A stretch of 63,104 bases of DNA, filler included, from Reclinomonas americana ATCC 50394 (GCA_048213135.1; 7 parts of 7 records of this genome joined end to end with filler, not necessarily neighbours in it); one strand, 5' to 3'. Shown: positions 48,355 through 61,979, numbered from the whole stretch's first letter. Made by a program: numbers and translations. Notes: a model not told the origin generated them from the letters alone.

Positions 48355-49241
48355 NNNNNNNNNNNNNNNNNNNNNNNNNNNNNNNNNNNNNNNNNNNNNN
48401 NNNNNNNNNNNNNNNNNNNNNNNNNNNNNNNNNNNNNNNNNNNNNNNNNNNNNNNNNNNNNNNNNNNNNNNNNNNNNNNNNNNNNNNNNNNNNNNNNNNN
48501 NNNNNNNNNNNNNNNNNNNNNNNNNNNNNNNNNNNNNNNNNNNNNNNNNNNNNNNNNNNNNNNNNNNNNNNNNNNNNNNNNNNNNNNNNNNNNNNNNNNN
48601 NNNNNNNNNNNNNNNNNNNNNNNNNNNNNNNNNNNNNNNNNNNNNNNNNNNNNNNNNNNNNNNNNNNNNNNNNNNNNNNNNNNNNNNNNNNNNNNNNNNN
48701 NNNNNNNNNNNNNNNNNNNNNNNNNNNNNNNNNNNNNNNNNNNNNNNNNNNNNNNNNNNNNNNNNNNGCCAACACGCACGCACACTCTGTGCAAGTGATG
48801 ATTTTGATCGGTTGCAGTGGACCGCCAACCTGGTGTGCACAGTGAGATGGGGGGGATGCAAGGAACTTGGGGTGCTGGGGTGCAGTCCTTTTTCCACCGG
48901 GTACGGGGTACAGTAGACTAAGAAAGGAAGGACGGGGTGCTTCCCGGCTCCGGCAGCTGGGGTGCTGCTGTACCCCAAGTTTGCGGTCGACATCGACTCA
49001 TGGTGTGGCAGTCAACATCTCATCTCATCTGTTGAGTGTTCAACACATCCGTCGCCGGGTCATTTTCGTCGGGGAGCGCTGCTCGCACACACTCGCAATC
49101 ATTTTCCGCTTCTCACACGCGCTGCGACTCCTAAGCATGCAACGCAGCGCGCACATTTTTTCTCTTCGAATTCGTGCACATGTACCCTTCGTGCTGGTTG
49201 CTCTCTGCGCTTCTGACATTCGTGTGTGTGTGTGTGTGTGT

Positions 49242-50460
49242 TTCTGCCTTTGCCGATATGGTGTCTTCCGTTCGTGAGGCGCAGCTGGTCCTGGATCTGT
49301 CCAAGCGTTTGGCCGAGCGGTCTGGCATCGCCGACAACCCGCAGAAGTCATTGGTGTTGGCTCTGCGTGCTCGGAACAAGCCGACTGGTCCAATGTAGGC
49401 GCAGAATTTTGTGGCGGAGGAGTTCGATCCCGAGCTGCTGATGGCTGGCACTGCGTTGCGATCCATGTCATCTGTCACTGAGTGCGATCGTTGGCTTGGC
49501 TACCCGTTCTACTCACCGACTCGTACAAGTGAGGCGAAGAAGCAAGTGGCGGAGATGCTGGAGAAGCAGCTCTTCACTCCGATCAAGGCCATCAAGCAGT
49601 CGTCGCTGTTGCCGCTCCAGAAGGTGGATGCAGTTCGCCGCTTCGTCCTCCCCAAGGCCACCTTTGTCATTTCGGCCGTGGAGCTTCAGCCAGAAGTGCT
49701 CGCCACAATCGACTGCAAGATCCGCGACAACATCCGACTCTGCCTTGGCCTCGACAACNNNNNNNNNNNNNNNNNNNNNNNNNNNNNNNNNNNNNNNNNN
49801 NNTTAATTAATTAANNNNNNNNNNNNNNNNNNNNNNNNNNNNNNNNNNNNNNNNNNNNGATTCCGGCACCCCCTTCCTCTACACTCCGCTGTCGAAAGGT
49901 GACCTCGGCCTGTACTCTGTGGTGGAGCGAGCGGCCTCTCGAGCTCTGTTGATCAACTCTGTTGACACACCGCCGACCGCTGACTCGCCGTGTGGCGGAG
50001 CACATGCTCCACTGCTCGGTGAGGGCGGCCGGTGGTCGTGTTGACGACTTCTCGCTGTTGCCGACTGCTGGTTTGGTGGCTGGACTTGCCAACCACGCCA
50101 ACTTGGCCAGGCTCAAGCCGGACCTCACCCTGCAGCTGGTTCATACCAGAGAGAGGACTGGTGAGATCTGCTCGGTCCAGGTGGTGGAGTTGACGTGCCC
50201 CTTCGCCAACGACGACTCGGTCAAGTCTGCTGTCAACGGCAAGAAGGCCAAGTACGACTCGTTGGCCAAGGCCATCAAGCAGAAGGTCGGCGATCAGGCC
50301 ACGGTTGAGCTGGTGGTGCTCCCTGTGACCTCGATTGGCACGGCTCCGGCCTTGGTGTCGACTGGCCTCCGTCGTCTCGGCGTGCGCAACGTCCGCCAGT
50401 GCATCTCTCGCTTTTGCACGACAAGCTTACGTACAAGTTACTCGATGTTTGTCCAACGAT
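49242..50460 (+). mobile_element. Decayed RLE-type (R2/NeSL-like) non-LTR retrotransposon
   Basis: RT C-terminal motifs AFAD(D lost), GIADNPQKS, WLG, LLPLQKVDAVRRFVLPK and LYTPLSKGDLGL. Endonuclease motifs KPDL...VELTCPF...KKAKY. In-frame TAG at 49396-49398; no introns. Confidence 0.85.
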
Positions 50461-50756
50461 GCAAGGGTGAATCGAGAGGAGATAGAGAAAGGTGGACATT
50501 TGTCGCATTATTGGAATGTGGTGAATGAAATGTTTTGTTCAGAGAGGGTAAACGAGGAAGCGACGACTACTTGGGGTGACCATGACTGAGAGTTCGCGCT
50601 CAAGACTGGTGTTTGTGTTGGTGTTTTGGATTAATTTGGTCATCAACAGCGCTGTTGTTTGTTGGTGAATGAAGTTGTTGTTGTTTCGTATCGATGAACG
50701 AGGAGAGCGGACAATCGGGACATACCAGAAAAAACCGACAGAAACAAAGTGGAGCG

Positions 50757-53393
50757 ATGGCAGCTGCGGCGCCGCCTGCCGCAGCCGCTGCCGCTGCCGC
50801 TACAGATTTGCGTCGACCCAGCGAGTCGTCGTACGTACACTACGCACAGTGGTTGGGAGGCGATTGTCGCGGGCTCTATGTGGTGGAGCATGTGGCGGCG
50901 ACTGCAGTCAATGACGCTACGCGTCTCTGTGATGAGGATGAGAGCTGCTGCCGCGTGGTCGACAAGAATTGTGTGCAGAATGCGGTGCGTGTGTGATGGA
51001 ATCTGGCCAACTCGTCGTTGCAACGTTGCCACTCAAACTCATGTCGTGCGATATCCGGATCCATATCGTGTACACAGCGCGATGAGATCACAGCCATTGC
51101 AGCCGCTACGTACGAGGGAGGAAAAGGAGGAGTGTACGACAAAGCGGGTGAACACGCGCGCGCGGCGGTTGACTACGCAATCAGCGATGTTCGTCAATGG
51201 TCACAGCACGTTGCTGCTGGTGAGTGTGACTGCCCATGGTCATATACCTGCGTGTTTGTCAGCCGTTGTTGTTGTTTGCAAGGGTGTCTCTATTTTGAGG
51301 TTGTGTGATTGATTGCGTCATCATTTGTGTGCGCACCAGCATGCCAGGCGGATCCCAATTGCAAGTGGCGTCAGCAGTGGCGAGTCGGGGATCTAGACAC
51401 TAGGCGCTACTTTGTTCCTCCTGCGCTGGTCTTCGCCATCCAGCCACACAAGCGGCCATCCAGTGCACGCCGCGTGGTTTATCGCGGCATGATGGTGGCC
51501 ATCGTCCAACTCTTCCTTCTCTCCACCTCATTTGCGTCCACGTGAGTGAGGGGGCGCAACGGGGTATCACGCTGCGCAGTTTGAGTGTTTTCTCTGCAAA
51601 ATTTATTTGTGCGTCCATCTGAGCTCAGGTATGCGTCTTCAACTCGCAAGGAGCACTGGAGGCCGCAGTTGATGAGGGTCCTCGACAACGTGGAACACTC
51701 CCTGGACTGGATAGTCGGGCAATGCGACGCGTACGCCTGGCAAGGGAATCCAACAGTGGCGGGGCTACTCCAATTTGCTGCTCACGACGCGGGCCAGAAT
51801 ACTCGCAACCCCTTCATACACTGCGCACTCTCGCTGTGTCACCAGTGTGTGTGGCGAGAGCGCATAGACGAACTGTACCTTCGAGGAGCCGCCAAGGCGA
51901 CGCAAGAACGCGGGGTTCGCGAAATCTGGCTGACACTCGCTGCGTTCAAGGATGTGGCGAAGCGTCTGAAAGAGGCGTGCTCCGTTGTGCGCAAGAGCTA
52001 CAACAGATTCATCCTTGCGAGGTGCGTGTCTGTGTGGGAGGGGAGCAGACAGATCTGGTCGAACTTGTACATGTGCTCACTGTCATTGTGTGCATGCAGC
52101 CTTGCCGCCGAACCCACTGACAGAGTCACAACCCAGCAAATGTACCGGCGCCGCAAGTACGCACAGCTGAAGGACTCGCGCCAACGTGCTGACGGATTCG
52201 ACTTCTCGCAGTTTCGTTCACTCAATGGGCCGTGAAATGCGCGATGAAGACTGATGGCACGGCACAGATCGCCTTACTTTGTGATTCGGAAGGATGTGCC
52301 GAGCACCAAGGACGAGGCAATGCGACTGTACAGGACGCGACAGGTGGCTCACTCGCACAAGGCGGCGGAGGAGAACGGAATGATGCCACTCTGCGGCCTT
52401 CTCCAGGAGAATGCGCAGAAGCCTGCGGCGAGTGGGTTGCGTGCTGCATTGGAGTGTGTATGCGACTCTGTACTCCTTTGCGTCCTTGCTCACGCTCTGT
52501 TGCTTCTCCAGCAGCATTCACAACCGCTTCGCGGCGCTGGACTTTGCCCGCCTGGAGCCTGAGGAGTTGCGAGAAGGCTACGTCAAGGCGTGGTCGGGCG
52601 GAAAGGCGGTAAAACAGCTGCCGGTGTTTCGCCCCGACGAGCTTCCGGTACGCGCACTCATACACTTGCACAAACCCATTGTGTGTCTCACACTGTCNNN
52701 NNNNNNNNNNNNNNNNNNNNNNNNNNNNNNNNNNNNNNNNNNNNNNNNNNNNNNNNNNNNNNNNNNNNNNNNNNNNNNNNNNNNNNNNNNNNNNNNNNNN
52801 NNNNNNNNNNNNNNNNNNNNNNNNNNNNNNNNNNNNNNNNNNNNNNNNNNNNNNNNNNNNNNNNNNNNNNNNNNNNNNNNNNNNNNNNNNNNNNNNNNNN
52901 NNNNNNNNNNNNNNNNNNNNNNNNNNNNNNNNNNNNNNNNNNNNNNNNNNNNNNNNNNNNNNNNNNNNNNNNNNNNNNNNNNNNNNNNNNNNNNNNNNNN
53001 NNNNNNNNNNNNNNNNNNNNNNNNNNNNNNNNNNNNNNNNNNNNNNNNNNNNNNNNNNNNNNNNNNNNNNNNNNNNNNNNNNNNNNNNNNNNNNNNNNNN
53101 NNNNNNNNNNNNNNNNNNNNNNNNNNNNNNNNNNNNNNNNNNNNNNNNNNNNNNNNNNNNNNNNNNNNNNNNNNNNNNNNNNNNNNNNNNNNNNNNNNNN
53201 NNNNNNNNNNNNNNNNNNNNNNNNNNNNNNNNNNNNNNNNNNNNNNNNNNNNNNNNNNNNNNNNNNNNNNNNNNNNNNNNNNNNNNNNNNNNNNNNNNNN
53301 NNNNNNNNNNNNNNNNNNNNNNNNNNNNNNNNNNNNNNNNNNNNNNNNNNNNNNNNNNNNNNNNNNNNNNNNNNNNNNNNNNNNNNNNNNNNN

Positions 53394-53441
<48 letters not shown>

Positions 53442-54489
53442 TCCCTCCCTCCCTCTCTCGCACACACGCTGTCTCTCTCTCTCTTTCTCCCTCCCTCTCT
53501 CTCTCTCTTTCTCCTCGGTGCACTGCCACTCATTGTCGCCCTTCTCCCGCGCGCTCGCACAGCATCCCGAGATCCCAGTGAAGGCTGCCCGTGGCAAAGG
53601 TGCCGCGGTGCTGGCTGCCGATGTGGCTTGGAGAGATACCGTCGGTGTGATGTCCCGAGCGAGTGAGGTGTTCCTGCAACCTCGGCATCCAAAGGTGTTC
53701 AGGCACGAGCTTCACGCACTTCGGCGGTGCTGTGACGCCCTTCGAGGCTTTGTCGATGTGCACTCAGCACAGACGTCGACGCTCGGCGAATGGGTTCGTG
53801 GCGCTTCTTTGTGTGTGTGTATTTCGGAGTGGTGCGCCTGAACAGTGCTCTGCAGATCAACGACATGGAGCAGCGCATTGCTAGCGCTGAAGCGGATGAC
53901 GCTGCAGGAGGAGAAGAGTCATGGATGCCCAGGGTCAGCACGATCTTCGAGAGCAAGGACATGGCGTGGGAGAACACGAAGAAAGACGGGTTCATGTGCA
54001 CTCTGGCCCGATTGGCATCGATCTTCTTGCAAGACGACGACGGCCAAGATCGAGAGCTCCACGCCATGGTTGGGGCGCTTGCTTTGCTCTCTCTCTCCTC
54101 CGGCACAGAGACGGCGACGAGGAGAGAGGTGGTCATTGCGTGCCACAGCAACAAGACCGGAGACAGACTGGCGTCCGTGCGAGTGACGAAGAAGGCACTG
54201 CGCGAATCGTTGCATCGAGCGCAGGTGGACCGACTGGCCGCAGTGAAAGCATGTGGAACTCGCTCAGCACAAGCCAAGGAATCGGGTTCCGAGGAGAGGT
54301 GCGTCTTGCGCTGTGTTTCCACATTGTGTGCACACTGCCCCTTCTTACGCCGCGCGCGCGTCCTATGTGCAGCAAGGGAGGCAGTGGTGCTGGTCTGTCG
54401 TCGTACTCAAAAGAGCGCCGGGTTCGAGTGGACATCTCGAGCTCAGCGGATCAGATCGACTTCGATGCAAACTCTCGGACTCCTGTGAC
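50757..54489 (+). CDS. Hypothetical multi-exon gene (one or two genes; spans a gap)
   Basis: Coding-like exons separated by GT-AG introns; no recognisable domain. Confidence 0.5.
53394..53436. repeat. (CT)n microsatellite
   Basis: Direct reading. Confidence 0.95.
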
Positions 54490-54496
54490 GTTGCGT

Positions 54497-54499
<3 letters not shown>

Positions 54500-54578
<79 letters not shown>
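54500..54578. repeat. (GT)n microsatellite
   Basis: Direct reading. Confidence 0.95.
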
Positions 54579-54579
<1 letters not shown>

Positions 54580-54835
54580 GTCGTCGNNNNNNNNNNNNNN
54601 NNNNNNNNNNNNNNNNNNNNNNNNNNNNNNTTAATTAATTAANNNNNNNNNNNNNNNNNNNNNNNNNNNNNNNNNNNNNNNNNNNNCATGAAACAAACAC
54701 GAACAATGGTAGAAAGAATCGAGGAAGAGAGAGGGAGAGGGAGAGGGAGAGGGAGAGAGAAAGTGAACGGCAATGTCGCCCTTTCTTCCCTTCACAAAAT
54801 GTTCTCAACGCTTCTTCTGTTGTGCGTGTGTGCAG

Positions 54836-57109
54836 AGGAGGGTGAGGAAGAGCCGGAGGAGCCAGCTGAGCCGGAGATCGAAGGCAACCAGCGACAACAA
54901 AAAGGTTTGATGCACTCACATGGACAATCGGACAGTTGGACAAAGCTGACGTGTATTGCAGCGAACGACGAGAAAAGTGAACTGCGATTGCCGGCACACG
55001 TGTGCGCCTCGCTGTTCTGCAGCGACGACCTCCTTGAGGCAGTGCTCTCGGGCCTCTCGTGGTGGCCGCGGCAAGAGGATATTGAGCGCGACGCTGCTGA
55101 CGTAATTCGCATTATGTCTGAGCGCGTGCTCGATGCTCTTGCCTTTCTGTCTCAGCGCGTGCTCTTCAGTAAGGATGATGTGCACAGTGCGCGACTAGCG
55201 TTGCGCCTNNNNNNNNNNNNNNNNNNNNNNNNNNNNNNNNNNNNNNNNNNNNNNNNNNNNNNNNNNNNNNNNNNNNNNNNNNNNNNNNNNNNNNNNNNNN
55301 NNNNNNNNNNNNNNNNNNNNNNNNNNNNNNNNNNNNNNNNNNNNNNNNNNNNNNNNNNNNNNNNNNNNNNNNNNNNNNNNNNNNNNNNNNNNNNNNNNNN
55401 NNNNNNNNNNNNNNNNNNNNNNNNNNNNNNNNNNNNNNNNNNNNNNNNNNNNNNNNNNNNNNNNNNNNNNNNNNNNNNNNNNNNNNNNNNNNNNNNNNNN
55501 NNNNNNNNNNNNNNNNNNNNNNNNNNNNNNNNNNNNNNNNNNNNNNNNNNNNNNNNNNNNNNNNNNNNNNNNNNNNNNNNNNNNNNNNNNNNNNNNNNNN
55601 NNNNNNNNNNNNNNNNNNNNNNNNNNNNNNNNNNNNNNNNNNNNNNNNNNNNNNNNNNNNNNNNNNNNNNNNNNNNNNNNNNNNNNNNNNNNNNNNNNNN
55701 NNNNNNNNNNNNNNNNNNNNNNNNNNNNNNNNNNNNNNNNNNNNNNNNNNNNNNNNNNNNNNNNNNNNNNNNNNNNNNNNNNNNNNNNNNNNNNNNNNNN
55801 NNNNNNNNNNNNNNNNNNNNNNNNNNNNNNNNNNNNNNNNNNNNNNNNNNNNNNNNNNNNNNNNNNNNNNNNNNNNNNNNNNNNNNNNNNNNNNNNNNNN
55901 NNNNNNNNNNNNNNNNNNNNNNNNNNNNNNNNNNNNNNNNNNNNNNNNNNNNNNNNNNNNNNNNNNNNNNNNNNNNNNNNNNNNNNNNNNNNNNNNNNNN
56001 NNNNNNNNNNNNNNNNNNNNNNNNNNNNNNNNNNNNNNNNNNNNNNNNNNNNNNNNNNNNNNNNNNNNNNNNNNNNNNNNNTCAGTCTGTGAACGCCTTG
56101 ATGCGCAAGAATGCTGCGTCATTCATCAACAACCTCCACGAGCGCACGACTCGCCCCGCTGCTGCTCTCTCGCCGATGGAATCAGCTGCACAGCGCGTCC
56201 GCGAACGCATTCTGAGCGCGCTGGACACGTACTTGTACGTGCCCATGGACACCACGCCCCCGCCCACACCCATCTCCGCCGCCGCTCACCATTATCAATT
56301 GGTCGATGATGACGTGCCGATGGACGTCGCTGACATCGAGGCCGGTTCCAGCTCGCTTGCGCCTCCCGCGACTGCCTGGTCAATGGACATGGACATGGAT
56401 ACCGATGACTATGGTGTGCCGGCTACGCATGCGGCGCTCCCGTCAACTTTGGGTGCGGAGATGGCCGCTGATGGCCATGAGCACCACCACGACCTGTCAC
56501 TCTTTGATGGTGTTTGGTCGGCACCACCGTTGGCCGCGGGCGTGTATGTGGAGCCATCTGCGGTGTGCATGGCCATGGAGGACGACGCGGTGTGTGGCGG
56601 CGACTGGTCGGGACAAGCCGTGCCAATCTCGTCGCAACTCCAACTCGGTGGTGGCAGTGGCGGTGTCGACGACGACCACGACGACCACGCCAGTAGCAGC
56701 GACGAGGATGAGCCCATGGCGCCTGTGCCAGCTCCGGCGCCGGCACCAGTGCCGGAACCAGTGTCAGCTTCAACTACAACTTCAATCTCAGCTGCTGCAA
56801 CCGACACCGTTCGCGTGACAGGAACCAGTGTGACAGCATCTGCATCACACGCGACTGCCGTTGGTGGGAGCGTGGCGACGCGTCGGGCTGAGGCGGCAGA
56901 GCGCGCGAAGAAGAGAGGTGTGTGGACAGTCGCGCGCGCGAGCATCTACTGTCCTCTGTCACTCACTGTCTCTCAGCCACCGATGCTGTCGTGGCGGTCG
57001 CCAAGGTGGAACTGAAGATCGCCCAGTTGTCTCGTGCTTACGCGCGTCATAACCTGGGGGCCGATGTGATGCGCGCTGTGCGAATGAGCGCGGCGGGTCT
57101 TGATGAGAA
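54836..57109 (+). CDS. Internal fragment of a hypothetical gene
   Basis: Long open frame either side of a gap, with an acceptor at about 54835 and an intron at about 56918-56976. Confidence 0.45.
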
Positions 57110-57209
57110 NNNNNNNNNNNNNNNNNNNNNNNNNNNNNNNNNNNNNNNNNNNNTTAATTAATTAANNNNNNNNNNNNNNNNNNNNNNNNNNNNNNNNNNN
57201 NNNNNNNNN

Positions 57210-58564
57210 GTCCTCCTCCACTACCACTACTACAACTGCAGCAGCAGTGGCGGGGAACAGTGCGTTGGGAGGAACGCGACGACGTGGCCCGAGTGGCGAG
57301 GAGACTCTGGGCGAGGCCACGCGTCGTCAACAGCGCGCACTGCGTGAGGCGCAACGAGTGCGTCTCTCACTCTCGCACACACTCTCTCCCTCACGCACAT
57401 GTGCTCACGCGAGTGTGTGTCATGGCAGGTGGCAGCGGAGGCAGAGGCAGCCGCAGCGGTTGCCGAAGAGACAACAGCAGCAGCAGCAGCAGAAGCAGCG
57501 ATCTCTCCACCCACATCGGCGTTTCGGCGACCGCGGCCTGTGCTGGGCAGTGGAGAGGCGTCGGCGTTTCATGGTGTGCGGCAGTCGCCTCCACCACAAT
57601 CGCCACCACCACCACCGCCACCGCCACCTCCAACAGCGGAGGACAAGCCGAGTGTTGAGGATGCAAGTGGGAGTGGTGTGCCGACCGTGGTGCAGGCGGC
57701 AAGCGACTTTATGGAGTCACCGGCGCCGCTGAGCCTGCTGTTGTCGCCCAACAGTGTTGGCGACGGCAGCACCATGTCGTCGGCGCAGTCGTCGCCACTG
57801 GCGTCGCCAAAGACCACTGGCGTGAATGGTGGTCGTCGGCCGTCGCCGGTGCGCGAAGGAGGCCAGCATCTGGCGTCGCCACCGTCGTCGATCATCTCGC
57901 CCGCCTCGGCCAAGTCGCCGTCCGGCAAGCCGGTGTCGCCGGGCTCCAGTCGACGCGCGTCGTTCGCGTTGGAGAGTGCCGAGAACCGCAGACTCTCTGG
58001 CGGCTCCAACTCGTCGTCGTCGGCCTTGTCGCCCAGTGCCATGGCAGTGGCGGAGCGTCGCATGTCGGCGACCATGCTGGAAATCTCGCGCTCCTCTCGG
58101 CCGCGCAGTCAGACCGAGGAGCTGCGTGCGGAGCGTGACTTGCTCGTTGCTCGTGTGGAGGAGTTGGAAATGAGACTCGCTGGACTGCAGGTGGGCCCTT
58201 ATCCGTGCTGCACCACCATTCACATGTCCACTCAAACGTGATTCACTGTGCACTTGCCGCAGGTGGATCGCGAGACGCGTGATGCGGACCGCGCGCGCAT
58301 CCGCGAACTGGCACAATTTCTGCAGGATGCCGAAGCACGCAGTCGTGCCATGCAGGAGCAGCGTGATCGAAAGCAGGCACTGGTCGACATGATGCTGAAG
58401 GATCGCCAGTGTGAACGTCTGTGGATCAGCGAACTTGTGCAGCGAAACACAGCCGCGGCATCGGCGTTGGGTATCGATGTGGATGCCGTGGCTTCCGCCG
58501 ACGATCTGGACATGCCGCAGGCCGGCGGTGCCAACGTGACTGTGGTGGTGACCTCGGCTGACTC
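57210..58564 (+). CDS. Fragment of an S/P-rich plus coiled-coil protein
   Basis: Exons such as EELRAERDLLVARVEELEMRLAGLQ|VDRETRDADRARIRELAQ joined by a GT-AG intron. Confidence 0.55.
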
Positions 58565-58675
58565 NNNNNNNNNNNNNNNNNNNNNNNNNNNNNNNNNNNN
58601 NNNNNNNNTTAATTAATTAANNNNNNNNNNNNNNNNNNNNNNNNNNNNNNNNNNNNNNNNNNNNACGACGACGAC

Positions 58676-58710
<35 letters not shown>

Positions 58711-59362
58711 CAAAGTACCTCTTCGCCAGTAGAGACCGCCTTTGACTTGACCGCACCTGTGTGCGCGCGCGTGTGTGTGTGTGAGCGAGTGGCAGCAAAA
58801 GTCAAGTGGACAACAGAATGCGGAGAGAACAAGAGGCCGAAGGTTCCGTTCTTGACAATCGTCAAGCACGCATGCAGATGCGTCTCACTGCGTGTGCCTA
58901 ACGATGCCACAGAGGAAGGGAGAGTGCAGGAGGAGCGCTGCGGTGTGTGAGTCTGTTTCCGGGACATTTCTGGCTCACACACACACTCTCACTCTCACTC
59001 TCTTTCTCTGCTGGTGGATGTGCCACTCATCCGCACGCCTCACTCGCTGTCAGTGAGTGTGCATGCGGGCGAGCAGAGGAGACACTTGTCGACTTATTCC
59101 GCGGCACACACACACACACACACACACGTGTGTGAGGAGAGCGTGTGTGTGGCGTGAGGGAGATCGAGAGAGAGAGCAGAGTGGGCGGGAAAGAGCATAC
59201 TGGGAGGAAGGAGAGAGGTTCACCTGCAGCTCCTGTGGGGCTGCCCTTGCGCGGCATCGCCTTTGGCTTTTTTACGAGTTGTCCGCTGCGAGTGGGACAT
59301 GCAAGTCGACCTTTACGTACTCTCCGTCTCTTTCTCTCTTCTTTCCTGCTGCGTGCGCAGGA

Positions 59363-61979
59363 TTACGTGGACGACGAGGAGGAGAGCAGCGTGGAGGTCA
59401 GGTCACTGGCTGGACGCGGAGCACGAAGTTTGGCGCGCAGATTGTCGTCGAGGTACTTGTCGGTGACACTGTGCAAGCAAAACGCGTGGTGAGAGCTCCA
59501 GTTCGGGGATGGATGCATGCGCAGCGCGGATGCATATGACGCAACGCCACGATGCGCGTCTTGAGTTCTGCACGGCGAGCACGAAGGGCGTTGATGTCGA
59601 GGAACTGGGAGAAGAGCAGACGCTTGCAGGTGGCCAGAGTGAGGCGCATTGGACGCAAGCGGATGGACTGTGGTTGTGTGAGCGGGTGAGCGTGTGTGTG
59701 AAGGAGTGGAGGGTGAGGATAGGAGAGTGCGCAACAATATTGCCGGCAATGAACAAGGCCGTCACTGTCAGCATGGCTGTCACCACATTGTAGCGCAGGA
59801 AGGCGATGGTAAAGGCCACCACGAGCATGAACACCGAGAGCAGCAGGCCCACCATCATTCGGTAGTGCGCTGTGACGAGCACGCGCGAGAGGACGTCAGT
59901 GAGGTGATGGATGATGTGGTGTGGTGGCGGAACTGACCTATCTGGTCGCGATAGCCTGCCGCCAACCGCTTGCTCACCCAACGTGACACGAACGCCCTGT
60001 ACACCAGCAGCAGGTGAGTGTACATGTAGGTGCAGTGGTTGGTTGGTTGGGAGGGGGAATGCACGCAACAGAGGTGCATAGACAACGAGTCCTGGCGCTG
60101 CCAGTGGCCACCTGCGCACAACAACAGACTCAGGGTCAACACATATGCAGCGGCCTTCTTCGTTCAAGCGCGTATGTGAAGTGTGTGTGGGACGCACACG
60201 ACAAGCAGCGTAAAGAGGAGGCGGAGGAGCAGTGATCGCGAATGAGTGGTGACCACTTCCTGCGCACGAGTGAGTTGCAGGAGCAGCAGCAACAGCAGCA
60301 CACCCGACGACAGCGCAACATTGTCGGACATGCGCAACACCGCAAGCTGCGCGCCGTACAACTCAAGATCCGGTCTAATGGCCTGCACTTCGGGATCCTG
60401 CGCAGCAGCCTTGTTGTACTGCTCCACGAACTTGCGCATGACATCGATGGTTTCGTGAGGCGTCAGCTCCTCCGCGCCTGCGAGAAGAGATCGGCAGTGA
60501 GAGAATACCGACAGAGAGAGTGAGATTACGAGGCTGACCGTCTTCCATGTACATCTTGCGCGCCAGGGACAGCAGGTGAATGTGAGTCCAGCTGGGCGCC
60601 GTCAATGTGACTTCGCGCAAACTATTCATGGGGTGAGTGCAAGCTTGACGTGCAGACGGCTGCGCTTGTCGCTCACCGCTCAGCCAGGCTGTCGCGAAGT
60701 TGCTGCCGATCGACGATTGGATGAGCAGCAGAGTGTGTGCACGGATGCAGAAAGCAGGAGGCGACGCAACATGAGCCAAATCAAACTCCTTTCCGGCAGC
60801 CACCGAGTCGGCCACAGTGGCCGCCTCCACCACCAGCGGCTTTCCGAACTCCTGCACGCGCGCAGAACATTCAGGTGACAAGCGGTCAACAGCCACAAGC
60901 GTGCAGAAGCAAACGTGCGCATCGCACCACAAACACGTCCGTGCGCAGCTCGTTCTTGTTGAGGTAGTTCAAGCCGACAGGCACCACTGCGCAAGTCGAG
61001 TCATGCAACTGCAACACATCGTCATCCCATCCACCACTCACTGCACTGACCGTACACGCGCTCAATCGGCGTCTTCGCGCCTTCCTCGCTCCGCAACGCC
61101 GCAATGGCTGCACGTGCAAAGCCCGTTCGGAGCTCCTGAATCTGCGCAACGAGTCAGAACCCACCACTCACAATCGCAACACCACTGACGCGCAACATCG
61201 CTCTCGTTGTGCGAGATGCCCTCGGGGAAGATGATCATGGCGCCGTTGCGACGCAGCAAGTCACGCTGGAACACGCACCTCGTGAACACCACCACGGAAA
61301 AAAAAGAGACAACAAAAAGCAAACGCAGCAGCTCACCATTCCGCGGAAAGCATCGTCATTGTTCTGCAGTCACTCAGCGTGTCAGGCTTCACTTGTTGTC
61401 TCTTTTTTGTCTCCTCCCCTCCCCTCTCACTGTGTGACATACCGCTGCCTGACCAGCGGCCTGATCGCTGCGACGATTGACGCCCACTGCATGCAGCTTG
61501 CGCAGCAGCCAGCCGACCACCGGAATGCGTAACAGTGGCGCCTTGACGACAAAGGACAGCGGCCTGTGCGTGTATGTGTGTGAGAGAGACGAGAGTGGCA
61601 CTCAGACAACAACATCAGACAAGTGAGTGATGTACCTTCCGCACGTGCAGGCCACCAGCAGACCATCGACGAGTCCATTCGGATGCATGCTGCTCATTCA
61701 GTGAAGAGCGTGAGCGTTTGACTCTTTCTCTCTTATACGCACACATGCATACATACAGAGTGTGAGAGAGAGCGCGCTCACCCTGCCAAGATCACTGGCG
61801 CGTCATCGGGAATGTTTTCCGTGCCACGCAACTCGATCCGCTCTGTGTGTGCTTGTGAGCTCTTCTCTCCCGCACTCACACACTTGCACCCTCGTGCACA
61901 CGCAACTGTAGAACGTGTGGAGCACAAAGCGCAACACGCTGATGACGATGGTGTAGAGAATGCCCGCGTTCGGTGCCAT
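59363..61979 (-). CDS. Glycerol-3-phosphate acyltransferase, Sct1/Gpt2-like, with C-terminal TM helices
   Basis: ENIPDDAPVILAGMHPNGLVD (HX5D), LSFVVK, IFPEGISHN, RTGFAR, VVPVGLNY and EFGKP. Confidence 0.85.

Noticed and set aside
49396..49398. In-frame TAG suggesting stop-codon reassignment
   Set aside because: Lies in a decayed retroelement. Conserved genes show no internal stops and TAA, TAG and TGA all terminate genes.
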